Positions 20,197-31,260 are shown, numbered from the stretch's first letter. The stretch is DNA of 64,000 nucleotides from an uncultured Acidimicrobiia bacterium (GCA_963786955.1 CAWBAT010000006.1:736001-800000); one strand, 5' to 3'. Made by a program: numbers and translations. Notes: generated by a model from the sequence alone, not told the origin.

Positions 20197-21425
20197 GGAG
20201 TGGCCCATTGAGCTGGACAATTGACACCCAGCAGATTCTATCCCCTCAAGGGTTTTTGGCGTCTGCGGCGGCTGCAGGGATCAAGAAGGTGGAGGACAGA
20301 TTAGATGTCGGGCTCATTTTTTCCACCCGACCTTCCATCGGGGCAGCGCGGTTCACGACGAATGTGGTTCAGGCCGCCCCATTATTAATTTGCCGGAAGA
20401 ATCTGGAGGATTCTGGCGGCGAGATTCGAGCCCTCATCGTCAATTCTGGAAATGCCAATGCCTGCACTGGCGCAGGAGGTCTTCAGGCCGCCACCCAAAT
20501 GGCAGAATTGGCCGGAACAATCCTTGGTATTTCTCCTCAGCAAGTTTTTGTTTCTTCAACCGGTGTCATTGGCGTTCCTCTTCCCATCGATCGGATCCAG
20601 AAGCAAGCCGCGACACTAAAGTCGAAGCTTCGTGCAGACGGTCTGGACGACGTCGCGAAAGCAATCATGACAACAGATACGGTCAAGAAGGTCTGCTCTG
20701 CCGAATCGAATAGTGGAGGCGCCCAGGTTCGGATAAGCGGCATGACGAAAGGGGCCGGAATGATTCATCCTCGTATGGCAACTACCCTGGGATTTGTCCT
20801 GACCGATGTCATGATTACCCGGGCTTTGCTGGAAGACGCTTTGGGGCTTGCCTGCGAGAAAAGCTATAACCGCATCTCCGTCGATGGGGACACCTCGACC
20901 AACGATACACTGGCGATTATTGCCAACGGAGCTTCAGGCGCTCCTTTGATTGATGAAAAAGACGAGCGTTACACCCATTTCTTGGAAGGTTTGACTTCAG
21001 TCTGTCAGAATCTCGCTCAGCAAATCGTTCGAGATGGAGAAGGCGCCGGAAAATTTGTGGAGATTCTGGTGACGGGCGCAGGGAGCGAAGCCGAAGCGAC
21101 GCAGATTGCACGGTCCATCGCCAACTCCGCTCTGGTGAAAACTGCCATTGCGGGTGAAGACGCCAACTGGGGAAGGATCTTGTGCGCAGCCGGCTATTCG
21201 GGAGTGAGGTTTGACCCGAACCGCGTGGATATTTGTATCGGCGAGTTGCCAGTATGCCGGAACGGCGCCGGAATCGCTTTTGACGAGCGCATAGCCAGGC
21301 GAATTCTCAGTCAGCGGGAGATTCGGATTCTCCTCAACCTGAACCAGGGCGAAGCAAAGTCAACCATGTGGACCTGCGATCTCACCAAGGAGTATATCCA
21401 CATCAACGCGGACTACCGGACATAG
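20193..21425 (+). CDS. argJ: Glutamate N-acetyltransferase (ornithine acetyltransferase)
   Basis: NSGNANACTG, IMTTDT, KGAGMIHP.MAT, VDGDTSTND, NADYRT. Confidence 0.96.
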   Translation: MRSGPLSWTIDTQQILSPQGFLASAAAAGIKKVEDRLDVGLIFSTRPSIGAARFTTNVVQAAPLLICRKNLEDSGGEIRALIVNSGNANACTGAGGLQAATQMAELAGTILGISPQQVFVSSTGVIGVPLPIDRIQKQAATLKSKLRADGLDDVAKAIMTTDTVKKVCSAESNSGGAQVRISGMTKGAGMIHPRMATTLGFVLTDVMITRALLEDALGLACEKSYNRISVDGDTSTNDTLAIIANGASGAPLIDEKDERYTHFLEGLTSVCQNLAQQIVRDGEGAGKFVEILVTGAGSEAEATQIARSIANSALVKTAIAGEDANWGRILCAAGYSGVRFDPNRVDICIGELPVCRNGAGIAFDERIARRILSQREIRILLNLNQGEAKSTMWTCDLTKEYIHINADYRT

Positions 21426-21499
21426 TCAACTGATGACAACTTATTGGCAACGTGCCTGCCTTGCCTTGTTATCCCAGCATATCTAAAATTTGAAAATTA

Positions 21500-22053
21500 A
21501 TGCGTATTCTCCCAACAGCCTTTAAAGTTTATTCGGCTCTCACACTGGTCAGTCTGATCTGGATCCGGTTTCAGAAACGTTTGACATTCGACCTTTTCTT
21601 CACCACGCAATGGGAGCCGTTTCTCAAAGTATTCATGATGGGGTTGGGAGCCGCTGGTTTCTTGATTGGATTGTTCCTCTATTCAATTCGAAATTTCCAC
21701 TGGGCACGCCAACTGGAAGCAGAGTTGTCCAGAATTCTTGTCCCGCTCCGCCCCTGGGAGATCGGAACCTTAAGCTTGCTGAGCGGATTTGCCGAAGAGT
21801 TGTTCTTTCGGGGAGCCTTGCAACCCATCATCGGCCTGATTCCCGCCAGTTTACTCTTTGGGTTGGCCCATTTTGTGCCACGGAGCCCATTTTGGCCGTG
21901 GGCGCTTCAGGCGGTTTTTGCAGGCTTCTTGTTAGGGAGCCTTTACGAGTTGACTCATTTGCTTTACCCTGTCATGGTGGCTCATATGGTAACCAATTTT
22001 GTCTTAATTCTGATCATGAACCGGCGGTATTCCACCAGGTCCAGACTATATGA
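21500..22053 (+). CDS. CPBP/Abi (CAAX protease-like) intramembrane glutamic endopeptidase; as assembled reads in frame into the next gene
   Basis: EELFFRG, FGLAH, AH...N motifs in the first ~180 aa of ORF 21500-22579; 3' end uncertain. Confidence 0.82.
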
Positions 22054-23247
22054 GAAAGGGAACTCTCCCTTGAAACTGAAGTTTCTACTCCCGATGGTCC
22101 TCACCACCCTTCTGCTGGCGGTGGGTTTACTCTACTGGCTTCCCAGCCAGTTCGACGCGCTGTTGTCAGAAGAACTTCTCTCGAGAGGAAAACTCATCAC
22201 GGAAGCTCTCGATAAGGCATCGATTGGCGGCTTGACGGTTTATGACCGCCAGGCCTTGGATCAACTGGCCAAAGGGTTCTTTCGTTCCAGAGAAATCCTT
22301 TATATTGTGATTATTGATAAAGATGGGCAGATCATGTCTGACAGCGGGCTGGGGAAGCAGGATCTGGCTGGCCTTAAGAATTTTATCGCTTATATCCAGA
22401 AGGTTGAATCCGATTACCACTACCGAAACCTCTGGGGGGCAACAAAAGAAGATTGTCTTCATATGGCGCGTCCCGTCTTTTTTGAAAGGGTCCGCGTGGG
22501 AACATCTTGCTGGGATTGTCCACAAGAGAGATTGTGGCCAGCGTCAAGAAGTTTCAGACGCTTGCAGGACTGTTGCTGATAGGAGTGTCCCTGGTTGGAT
22601 TGGTAGCTTCTTTTCTCGGTGCCAGCTCTCTCTCATCCCGGATTCTTGGGATCGCCTCGGGTCTTAGCCATTTGACGGACCCGGAGATGGAGGTTCTTGC
22701 CGGGAGAACCGGAGAACTGAATAAGCTCGTCGAAAGCATTTTGTATCAGAAAAACCTGTTCAAGAGCTCCTTAGTCGACCTGGAATCACAAACCGTACAG
22801 CTTGAAACGGATTTGTCGTTGTCCAAAGAGGAGTGCATTACCTTGTCGTCGCGTTTGAGTGTCATGTCCAAGCAAATCGAAGAACTGCAGGGAAAGCTCC
22901 AGACGATTCAGGAGCAATCCAAGGATTTAACGCAGTTTCTTCCCGTCCTTGAATTTGCGTCTGGCATAGCGCCTGAAATTGACAGCTCGATGCAGCAGGT
23001 CAGTCAAAGTGCCAGCCAACTCAGCGAGGACTTCGACCGGGTAAAGAATCTCATTGATCTTTACGAAAAAGCGCTTCCCCAGTCACCGGAAGACCTGGAA
23101 GTGATTCGGCAATACAAAGAATTCATCCGCTATGACACGATGAAAGAATCCCTGGATGAACTTGTTTCGACGATTCGGGGAGGTTCCAGTTGGGCCGAAC
23201 AACTAGCGGACATCCTCAAACAGCTCTCTATCGGCCGCACGCAATAA
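22050..23247 (+). CDS. Membrane sensor-like protein with degenerate HisKA domain and no HATPase (frameshift near 22505)
   Basis: TM, extracytoplasmic region (ILYIVIIDKDG), TM, coiled coil, then FASGIAPEI in place of the H-box; stops after LADILKQLSIGRTQ. Confidence 0.6.
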
Positions 23248-23328
23248 GACAAGAAGTACAAACTCTTTCCTCAAAGAAATACCAACGTTTGTTTTAAGGA
23301 TTTTCCTCCAGCGCACTCACCTCTTTTC

Positions 23329-24567
23329 ATGGCCCAGTGGCGACTCAATCAATTGGCAGTCATCATCTCGGCCGGCGCCATTTTTGCCGGATACACTTTA
23401 ATTCTCCCTTTTGTTCCGCTTTATATTCAAATGCTGGGAGTCCAGTCGCCGTCCCAAGCTGCGCTCTGGGCCGGAATCGTTTTGGGGATCAGTCCATTAA
23501 TCGCCGCTTTGATTGGCCCGCTCTGGGGACGACTGGCCGACCGTGTCGGTTTGAAAATCATGGCGATTCGAATCACTTTTGCTCTCGCTCTCATCTGGTT
23601 TCTCATGGCCTTTGCCCAAAACGTTTGGCATCTGTTTCTGTTGAGATCTCTCATCGGTGTCTTTGGAGGGTTCAACGCCTTTTCCATCGCTTTGGCAACC
23701 CAGCTCACACCTCAGGAAAAGGTAGGCAAAACAATCGGAACACTCCATGCCGTCCAGATCATCAGCACGGCGGTCGGACCTTTCATGGGAGGGCTTTTGG
23801 CCGGAGTGATTGGGATTCGAAGGACGTTCATTGTAACGGGGATTCTCTGCCTGTTCAGTCTGATCCTTTTTATCGTGCTCTACAAAGACAAGGAACGATC
23901 GGCTCTTCCCCTTCGGAGTCTGAAGACTCAACGGCCGAAACCCCGGAGTTTCAAAGAACTCATGCAGTTGCAAAATTTCATGCCATTAGCCGCCGTCCTG
24001 TTCTTAATCACAGTCATCGATCGCAGTTTTTCCCCGGTGATCCCTTTGTTTGTAGTCGCACTCGTCAAATCACCCATGCAGGCCGCTCGAAGCGCAGGGT
24101 TGATCATTTCTATCGCTTCCGTGGCAGAATGTTTGGCGGCGTGGTACTCCGGACGGAGAATCGCCACAGTTCCACCCAAGAAATTCTTGATGACCCGGCT
24201 CATCTCCGGAGGAATTGTTTCCACGGGCTTGATTTTTGCAGCGAGCGTGAATCAACTGCTAGCCCTAAGGGTTTTGCTGGCCTTGCTGGCAGGAGGGACT
24301 CTGACCATCGCCTACACGCTCGCGAGCCAGGTGATTCCCGAGAGCGATCGAGCGAGCGCATTTGGACTACTCTCGAGTTATTCAATGTTTGGTGGCGCTA
24401 TCGGGCCGCTGCTGGGTGGACTCTTGAGTTCACTGAATATCCGTGGGGTGTTTGTGGCCAATGCGTTAATCTATGCCGCGCTCATTGGCCTTGTGTGGAA
24501 GTTATTCCAGCCATTTAAAACCGGTCCGGAATCAGATCTACCACTGAGTTTTATGGAAGGGTCTTAG
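23329..24567 (+). CDS. MFS transporter (DHA1/MdtG-like)
   Basis: About 12 TM segments, motif A WGRLADRVGLK, GPFMGGLL. Confidence 0.93.
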   Translation: MAQWRLNQLAVIISAGAIFAGYTLILPFVPLYIQMLGVQSPSQAALWAGIVLGISPLIAALIGPLWGRLADRVGLKIMAIRITFALALIWFLMAFAQNVWHLFLLRSLIGVFGGFNAFSIALATQLTPQEKVGKTIGTLHAVQIISTAVGPFMGGLLAGVIGIRRTFIVTGILCLFSLILFIVLYKDKERSALPLRSLKTQRPKPRSFKELMQLQNFMPLAAVLFLITVIDRSFSPVIPLFVVALVKSPMQAARSAGLIISIASVAECLAAWYSGRRIATVPPKKFLMTRLISGGIVSTGLIFAASVNQLLALRVLLALLAGGTLTIAYTLASQVIPESDRASAFGLLSSYSMFGGAIGPLLGGLLSSLNIRGVFVANALIYAALIGLVWKLFQPFKTGPESDLPLSFMEGS

Positions 24568-24639
24568 CAGAGACTCACGTCGAGACCTTGCGCACCTTCG
24601 GCTCCCCACGCCCCAACGCGGGAGATCCCCAAGGGCAGT

Positions 24640-24755
24640 TCCCAAAGGGACTGTGACGAAAAGAGGGCAGGACCAGCGATCGCGGGAGGAAATGCCACGC
24701 AAGCTTTCGGCTAATGTATCCAAATGCCGGAGCTCTCGAGCGCGGGAAGTCAACA
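24640..24755 (-). pseudogene. Remnant of a DUF559 (Vsr-like endonuclease) gene
   Basis: Across two frames LTSRARELRHLDTLAE / KLAWHFL / RDR...VPLG resembles the DUF559 N-terminus (RARELR..T.AE.LW..LR.R...F..Q.P.G); rest absent. Confidence 0.6.
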
Positions 24756-24800
24756 AAAGAACGTTGGCTTCGTGTTGGCCTGATGACCATTGTCGTTGCA

Positions 24801-25020
24801 CAGTGGAGTTCCCCCTCACCTCCAACTCCTCTCCCACGTTGGGGAGAGGAGAGCTGAAAAAGTGTTTTGGATAGTCACTCATGAATTCAAGATGCAGGAA
24901 TTCCAGTGGGAAGTTCCCCCTCACCTCCAACTCCTCTCCCACGTTGGGGAGAGGAGAGCCGACAGCATGAAAAAGTGTACTGGATGGTCACTCATGAATT
25001 CAAGATGCAGATACTCCAGG
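24801..25020 (+). repeat. Tandem duplication of ~105-115 bp unit containing the CCCCTCACC hairpin
   Basis: Hairpins 24811-24853 and 24916-24958, each followed by GAAAAAGTGT..TGGAT.GTCACTCATGAATTCAAGATGCAG; inverted partial hairpin at 24600-24627. Confidence 0.85.
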
Positions 25021-25122
25021 TCCCCTCCGACCGAGGGGTTAGGGGTGGGTTCATGAGTGACAAAAAGTGGGCAGGATGCCCGGGTTCCAGGGAGGTTTCC
25101 GCTATCGCGGATAATCCCGGAT

Positions 25123-25972
25123 TTAACCAGCCCAGTATTCGCCTTGACAGATTAGTCTGGCCGGCCCTTTGAGGTAAAGATGTTGGTCCTCACTCCATTG
25201 GATTTCAAGCATGCCACCCAACGTGCTTACGGAAACTTCACGTTCAGTCAATCCATTGAGGATGGAGGCGACGACGGCCGCACTGGCACCGGTCCCGGAA
25301 GATAACGTCTTGCCTACGCCCCTCTCCCAAAATCTCACCTCAATGTTCCTGCGGTCAATGACGCGTACAAATTCGACATTGGTTCGTCGTGGGAACAAAT
25401 CATGGGTTTCGAGGTGCTTACCCGTATCGTCCCAATCCGTCCGGCCAAAATCGTCCACAAATAGGGTGCAGTGTGGATTTCCCATGGAAGTCAGGGTAGC
25501 TTGCACCGTCCTGGTTCCCGAGAGAAATCGCGCGGCCAATGAGACTCTCGGAGCCCTCAGAGCCCTTGAAATCAAGGCGTGAAGGCTTCAAGATCGGCTG
25601 CCCCATGTCGACTAGAAACCAATAAATCGGATGAGACGTGGCAATCCGTTTCAAGAAATGTTCTCCGGAGACGGTGTCTATTGAGAGTTTGTCGGCTTTC
25701 AACTCTGGACCGGCACAAAGATGCGCGGCGAGGCAACGAAGCCCATTGCCTGAAACTTCGGCTTCGCTCCCGTCTGCATTGAATATTCTCATCTGGTAGG
25801 AACCCGGCGGACGATGCGGCAAAGCCTGATAAATCAGCAGGCCATCGGCGCCAATGCCAGTGTGCCGCTCGCAAATTGTGCAGGCTAGCGCGCTCCAATC
25901 AGAGGGCTCCAACGATCTCTGGTCAATAATGATAAAATCGTTTCCAAGCCCTTCGGCTTTCGAGAATTGCAT
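25123..25972 (-). CDS. dapF: Diaminopimelate epimerase (frameshift near 25510)
   Basis: GLGNDF, GIGADG, NADGSEAEVSGNGLRC, MGNPH, NVEF, WERGVG.T.SSGTGA. Confidence 0.92.
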
Positions 25973-26040
25973 GAATAAGTGGGGATAATCAAAGACGTCT
26001 GATGGTATGGATTCTCACGTTCGCTGCTCTTCTGGACTCG

Positions 26041-26962
26041 TCAGGCAAAAGAATGATCGTTTTCAAAATGAGTCAATTCTTTGAACTGCCGATAGCGTTC
26101 CCGGATCTCTGACGGCCTTAGCTTCTTGAGCCGGTTCAGACTAAATTCCTCAACGTTAAAAGAGGCCATGACTGATCCATAGACTACCGCTCTACGTAAA
26201 CAGTCTTCATCGAGGCGGCCTACTTTGGCCAAATAGCCCACAAATCCCCCGGCGAAGGTATCTCCAGCACCCGTAGGATCGAACACCTCCTCTAGAGGAA
26301 AGGCCGGGGCTCCAAAGATAGACTCGTCCGTAAACATGGCAACCCCGTATTCGCCCTTTTTGACGACCACAATCTTCGGTCCCCAGGAAGAAATCAATCG
26401 AGCCGCTTTGGTCAGATTGGACTGGTCTGCGAGCATCCGGGCTTCGCCATCGTTAATGATTAAAATATCAACCAGGGCAAGTGTCTTTTTGAATTCATCC
26501 GGCTTTGAAGAGATCCAAAAATTCATCGTGTCGCAAGCCACAAATTTCGGTTTATTGACCTGCTCGAGGACTTTGCGTTGCAGGACTCGGATCAATGTTT
26601 CCGAGAAACACATAATTGCAATCTCGATACTCCTTTGGGATTTCCGGGCTAAAGGCTTCGAAGACGTTTAACTGTGTCTCCAGAGTTTTGGCTTCATTCA
26701 GAGCTAAACCATACTCTCCTCTCCAGCGGAAGGTCTTCCCCGAGGCCTTCTGCAGACCCTTTGTATCGACCGAAAAATCACGGAATAATTTCAGGTGTTG
26801 GGGCGGGAAGTCCTCTCCGACTACAGCCACCAGCTTCACGGGAGCAAAAAAGCTGGCTGCGATAGAGAAATAGGACGCCGACCCGCCCAGCACTTCATCC
26901 ACTTCTCCAAAGGGGGTTTTCACCGAATCAAAAGCCACTGAACCGACGACAAGGATCGACAT
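26041..26962 (-). CDS. PfkB family carbohydrate/nucleoside kinase (frameshift near 26585)
   Basis: VVGSVAFD..KTPFG, GGSA.Y, DPTGAGDTFAGG. Confidence 0.92.
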
Positions 26963-27103
26963 AGGATGATCTTACACTCCGACAGATGGGATTGGGGATT
27001 GCTCTTGCTTCAATTTCGTCTAGTCCAAAACCACGCATGAACTCGATGCGCTAAAGTCTTGGACCACGTTGTCCATTCCAGCGCAGTTTCTGGAGAACTA
27101 TTT

Positions 27104-27967
27104 TTACTGCATATATTTCCCGATGATCATGCTGAGCTTCTCTTTCGTTGCAGCCGGGACCACTGCCGGATCGGTTAAAATCGCCGATTTCAATGCAGAA
27201 CCACACTTGCAGGGACGTTGGGAATCCAACCCTCGCACCGTCTCCCGAATGACTTTTTGGGCATTCACACTGTTTTGATTCAACACCGAGATAATTTGAT
27301 CGACGGTCACCGCATCATGTCCAGGATGCCAGCAGTCATAATCGGTAACCAGGGCCAAAGTGACATAACAGATTTCCGCTTCTCTGGACAGTTTAGCTTC
27401 CTGCAAATTGGTCATCCCGATGACGTCCATGCCCCAACTACGATAGACTTTCGATTCTGCAACCGTGGAAAACGCAGGACCTTCCATACACAAATAGGTC
27501 CCTCCGAGTTTCACCAGAACACCTGTTTTCGTTCCGGCTTCAACAACCTTCTCAGAAAGATGAGGGCAGACCGGGTGGGCAAAACTGATATGAACCACCA
27601 AGCCTTCCCCAAAAAAAGTCGAAATTCTTCCCCGAGTCCAATCAAAAAATTGGTCTGGAAGGATGATTCCGAGCGGTTTATGTTTCTCTTTCAGGGATCC
27701 GACTGCACTCGCAGAGATAATCCGTTCCACTCCAATTTTCTTCATGGCATAAATATTGGCTCTGAAATTGAGCTCAGACGGTAAGATCCGGTGCCCTTTC
27801 CATGCCGTGCCAAAAAAGCAACTCGCTTCCCTTCCAATGTGCCAACGGTCAGCGGGTCGGAGGGATCCCCAAACGGGGTCTCCACTCGTAGTTCTTCAAT
27901 ATCGAGTTAAACCTGCCATCTGGTAAAGTCCACTGCCGCCAATCACTCCAATGGATATTTTTTCCAA
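27104..27967 (-). CDS. mtnP: S-methyl-5'-thioadenosine phosphorylase (frameshifts in 5' third)
   Basis: Hand-read N-terminus [24 protein letters not shown]; ORF has [31 protein letters not shown]. Confidence 0.9.
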
Positions 27968-28112
27968 GCTGCCTCTCCACGATCATTTGACAGAATTTCT
28001 CCCCAGTCCGCGTCTGGGTCTCTGGAAGAGAGGGATCCTGAGTTGAAATGCGTTTAGCCTGATTTAATGAATGACGTGATGAGCCGCGCTAACTCAAAAA
28101 CACTACCGTGGA

Positions 28113-28512
28113 CTATTCCATTTCCTCCACCAATTCAATCAGCACACCATGGGTTGATTGTGGATGCAAGAAGGCAATCTTTCGATCCTGGAGCCCAAGA
28201 CATGGGAGTTTCGTTTAACAATTTGATGGAGCTTGATTTCAACTCGTCCAATTTTCGGTCGATCTCTTCCACTCTAAAGCAAAGATGATGAACCCCTTCG
28301 CCTCTTTTTTCCAAGAATCGCGAGATCGGCGAATCGCCTCGGATAGGTTCCAAGAGTTCAATGCAGCTCTCTCCACAAGGCAATACGGCAACTTTTACGC
28401 CTTGTTCTTCGATCGTTACAATTTCATGCAACTCAAATCCCAGATGATCCTTATAAGTTTCGAGCGCAAGTTTCAAAGAACGTACGGCGATTCCAACGTG
28501 ATCCAGTTTCAT
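28113..28512 (-). CDS. mce: Methylmalonyl-CoA epimerase (frameshift near 28190)
   Basis: DHVGIAV, IELLEP, FLEKRGEGVHH; shifted frame ends IAFLHPQSTHGVLIELVEEME. Confidence 0.9.
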
Positions 28513-29448
28513 TCAAAGCCCTTCGACAATGTTATCGATGGCGGAATAAGGATCTATTTTCCGCTCGCTTACTGCCACCGAAGCGGCTTGGAGTTTATCC
28601 CAAACTGCATTTTTCTGAATAGCTTTTTCTAGCAGGCGTTCTTTGAGCAATTCACGAAGATTGTCTTCGACAATTTGCCTTCGCCGGGCACCCCAATCAG
28701 GAGAATCTCGACGAAATGATTGAAGAGATCGACTTGTTGAACCAAGATCGCGGACGCCTTGGCCTTCGTGTCGCAATCGTCCTCACAATGGCCGGGGTCC
28801 AGCCATCGCCGACGTGTCGCCAGGGAAAGAGCAGATTCCAATTCTCTTTGAACTTTCTCGACCAAAGGTTGATCGGATTTATTGATCACGAAAATATCGG
28901 CGATTTCCATGATGCCGGCTTTAAACGCTTGCAGGTCATCTCCCATCCCCGGGAACCAATACCACCAGGCAGACATCGGCGACTCGGACGATCTCGACTT
29001 CGTCCTGTCCAACGCCCACGGTTTCCACCAAAATCAAGTCAAAGCCGCTACTATCCAGGACGGTGATCATTTTTTCTGTGGTTCGGGCTAATCCACCGAG
29101 ATGCCCACGGGTGGCCATAGATCGGATAAAAACTCCTTCGTCGGCGTAGTGACGGCTCATTCGAACCCGATCCGCCATGATGGCCCCCCCACTGAATGGG
29201 CTGGTCGGGTCGACGGCAACAATGCCTACTTTTTTCCCTTGAGACCGATATTCCTGGATCATGACATCGACCAAGGTACTCTTTCCACTTCCAGGAGCTC
29301 CCGTGATCCCAACCACAAGCGCGTTTCCGGTTTTGTGAAATAAGGATTTCAGGAGCTCTCGCGCGGAAATGGATTCATTCTCAATGAGAGTCATGGCTCG
29401 GGCAATAGCTCGCGAATTCCCACTCAGGATTTCTTCAGTTAAAGACAT
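28513..29448 (-). CDS. meaB: Methylmalonyl-CoA mutase-associated GTPase (several frameshifts)
   Basis: GITGAPGSGKST, AVDPTSPFSGGA, RSMATRG.LGG, ETVGVGQDE, KAGIMEIAD..VINKSD, DPYSA. Confidence 0.9.
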
Positions 29449-29457
29449 AAGAAATTA

Positions 29458-29492
29458 GATTGTCAAATTCCGTTTGCCAAATGCCGAATGCC
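29458..29492 (+). repeat. Solo heptamer array
   Basis: GATTGTC AAATTCC GTTTGCC AAATGCC GAATGCC. Confidence 0.6.
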
Positions 29493-29666
29493 AGGGCGTT
29501 CTTCGAGTCATTTGAATCACTGCACCAAAAGCGGGATCTGTCCAAAGTAAATGGTCAATCGAAAACCAATAATAGCAGATTGGGCTGAAGTTTGGCCTGC
29601 TGACCTCATTCAAGTTTTCATCTCTACCCGGATGGGCAGAATTCTAATGCCAAATCATGTCTCCAT

Positions 29667-31260
29667 CTATTGGGCATCTCTGGCGCAGCGGAAACCGGTT
29701 GCGAGAGTGGCTCGGTCGGGTTAACTTCCAGCCGTACGAGACAACGCGCCTTTCGACCATCGACTGCGTAAGTTCCTCCACGAAGAACGCGGGGGCCGTC
29801 CGCCTTCAGATCTTCTCGACCATCATCTTTCCGGTATGGATAGGCGGCATATAAGCTGCTCGTCCACTCATTGACATTCCCGGTCATATCATAAAGCCCA
29901 AACTCATTCGGACGATAGGAGCCCACGGCCATGGTCTTTCCTTGTTCCGTATTGGCCTTCTTCGGATCATAGGCATTCCCGTAGGCATACCGGGTGCTAT
30001 TGGGTCCCTTGGCGGCCCTCTCCCATTCCACTTCAGTTGGCAGACGTTTTCCAGTCCACCGGGCATAAGCCAGTGCGTCCTGCCAGCTGACCTGTACAAC
30101 GGGAAACTTCTCCAAACCAGGAGGAGAGTGATTCCCTTTCCAGTATAGCGGAGGGCGATGTCCCGGTAGCCGTGCAGAACATTTGATAGCCCTCATTGGT
30201 CACTTCGAATTTATCTATGTAAAAACTTTGGACCAATACTCGATGCACTGGTTTTTCAGGATCGCTGGTTTCGTCGGATCCCAGCGTGATATCGCCTTCT
30301 GGAATCAACAGCATGCCATCAACCTCTTTGGGGAGAAATTTTCTTTGGAACGAGAAGGGGCCGTAAGAGTCTCTGTTTCATAGCCTGCCTGCACAATCGT
30401 ATCGGATGGGTTTCCGGTTTGGATGCTGGGTTCTCCGAATCTTTACGCCTGTAGATCACAACATCCTTTTCATTTTGCGGGTGGTCTATAGATGACGAAT
30501 GGGATGAACCGCCGACGGACTGAGGACGAGAATTTTTTTCGGCCTCTCCAGGCAAGCGCCGTCTCAGAACAGGACGGTTTCCAGAAGAAAGATTCGTGTC
30601 CTTATCCTCGGCCGATTCATTGTCTGGCGCAGGTGGGCTTGATCGTGGAGGGGTCGAATGTGACGTCTGATGCGCCGGTTCTCTCGGAGCTGTAGCCGAT
30701 TGAGGCACTAAGGAGGGTTGCATGACTATGATTGGTTATTTGCTGATCTTTTTTCTCCAATTGCTCCGTCCTGACTCACAAAATCGACGGCTCCCGGGGA
30801 ATAGGTTTTCCCGGGCTGACTCTGCAAGGCTGGCGTAGATTAAAGTGATCTCCACGATCCCTTCACTGCCAACTTCCGCTTTGGAGCACACTCCCGTAAA
30901 GTACTTGACCCTTTCCAAGACTTCTGGGGATCCTCGATACTTACAAGATCGAACAAACGAACAAGATACTTTCCTTGCGCACCGAAAGTCAGAACCGCAT
31001 TTTCCGGCTATTTCCGTCAATATGGAGAAATCGTCCCTTCCCAAAGACCAGCCGGTCATAAATTTCAAGTTTTCGGTTTGTTTCAGGGTTCGCCAATAAA
31101 GATTCAATGGAACGTATAAATTCTTCGGTTAATTCAAGCTCCCGCGGGCTGCTGATGGCTTGGCTCTGGAGCGCCAAAGTCAAGGGAACATCCCACGTGA
31201 ATCATCACGAAAACAAAAGCATTGGTAGGATTTTGTAAAATAACCGAACCGTCAATGTCT
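29667..31260 (-). CDS. FGE-sulfatase (SUMF1/CLec) domain protein, probably one exported gene broken by many frameshifts; 5' end approximate
   Basis: FYIDKFEVTN, PVVQVSW.DA..YARW.GKRLPTE.EWE, NEFGLYDMTGNVNEW, RVLRGG, shifted TGFRCARD; Pro/Ser-rich linker and Cys-rich fragments upstream. Confidence 0.65.

Noticed and set aside
23337-24518. 393-aa overlapping ORF inside the MFS gene
   Set aside because: Stops in this frame need T followed by Lys/Asn/Asp/Glu/Arg/Ser codons, scarce in a hydrophobic gene; product has no recognisable motifs
24801-25020. Possible mini CRISPR array
   Set aside because: Only two units, the would-be spacers are also duplicated, no cas genes; it is a tandem duplication of a dispersed hairpin
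25123-25972. DapF with Ser at the catalytic Cys positions (VSGNG, SSGTG) as a dead enzyme
   Set aside because: Ser-type variants are, to my recollection, common in some lineages; noted but cannot be judged novel without an alignment
1227-31260. Diversity-generating retroelement (Avd-like four-helix gene plus FGE/CLec target)
   Set aside because: No reverse transcriptase, no template repeat of the FGE 3' end seen, and the genes are 28 kb apart
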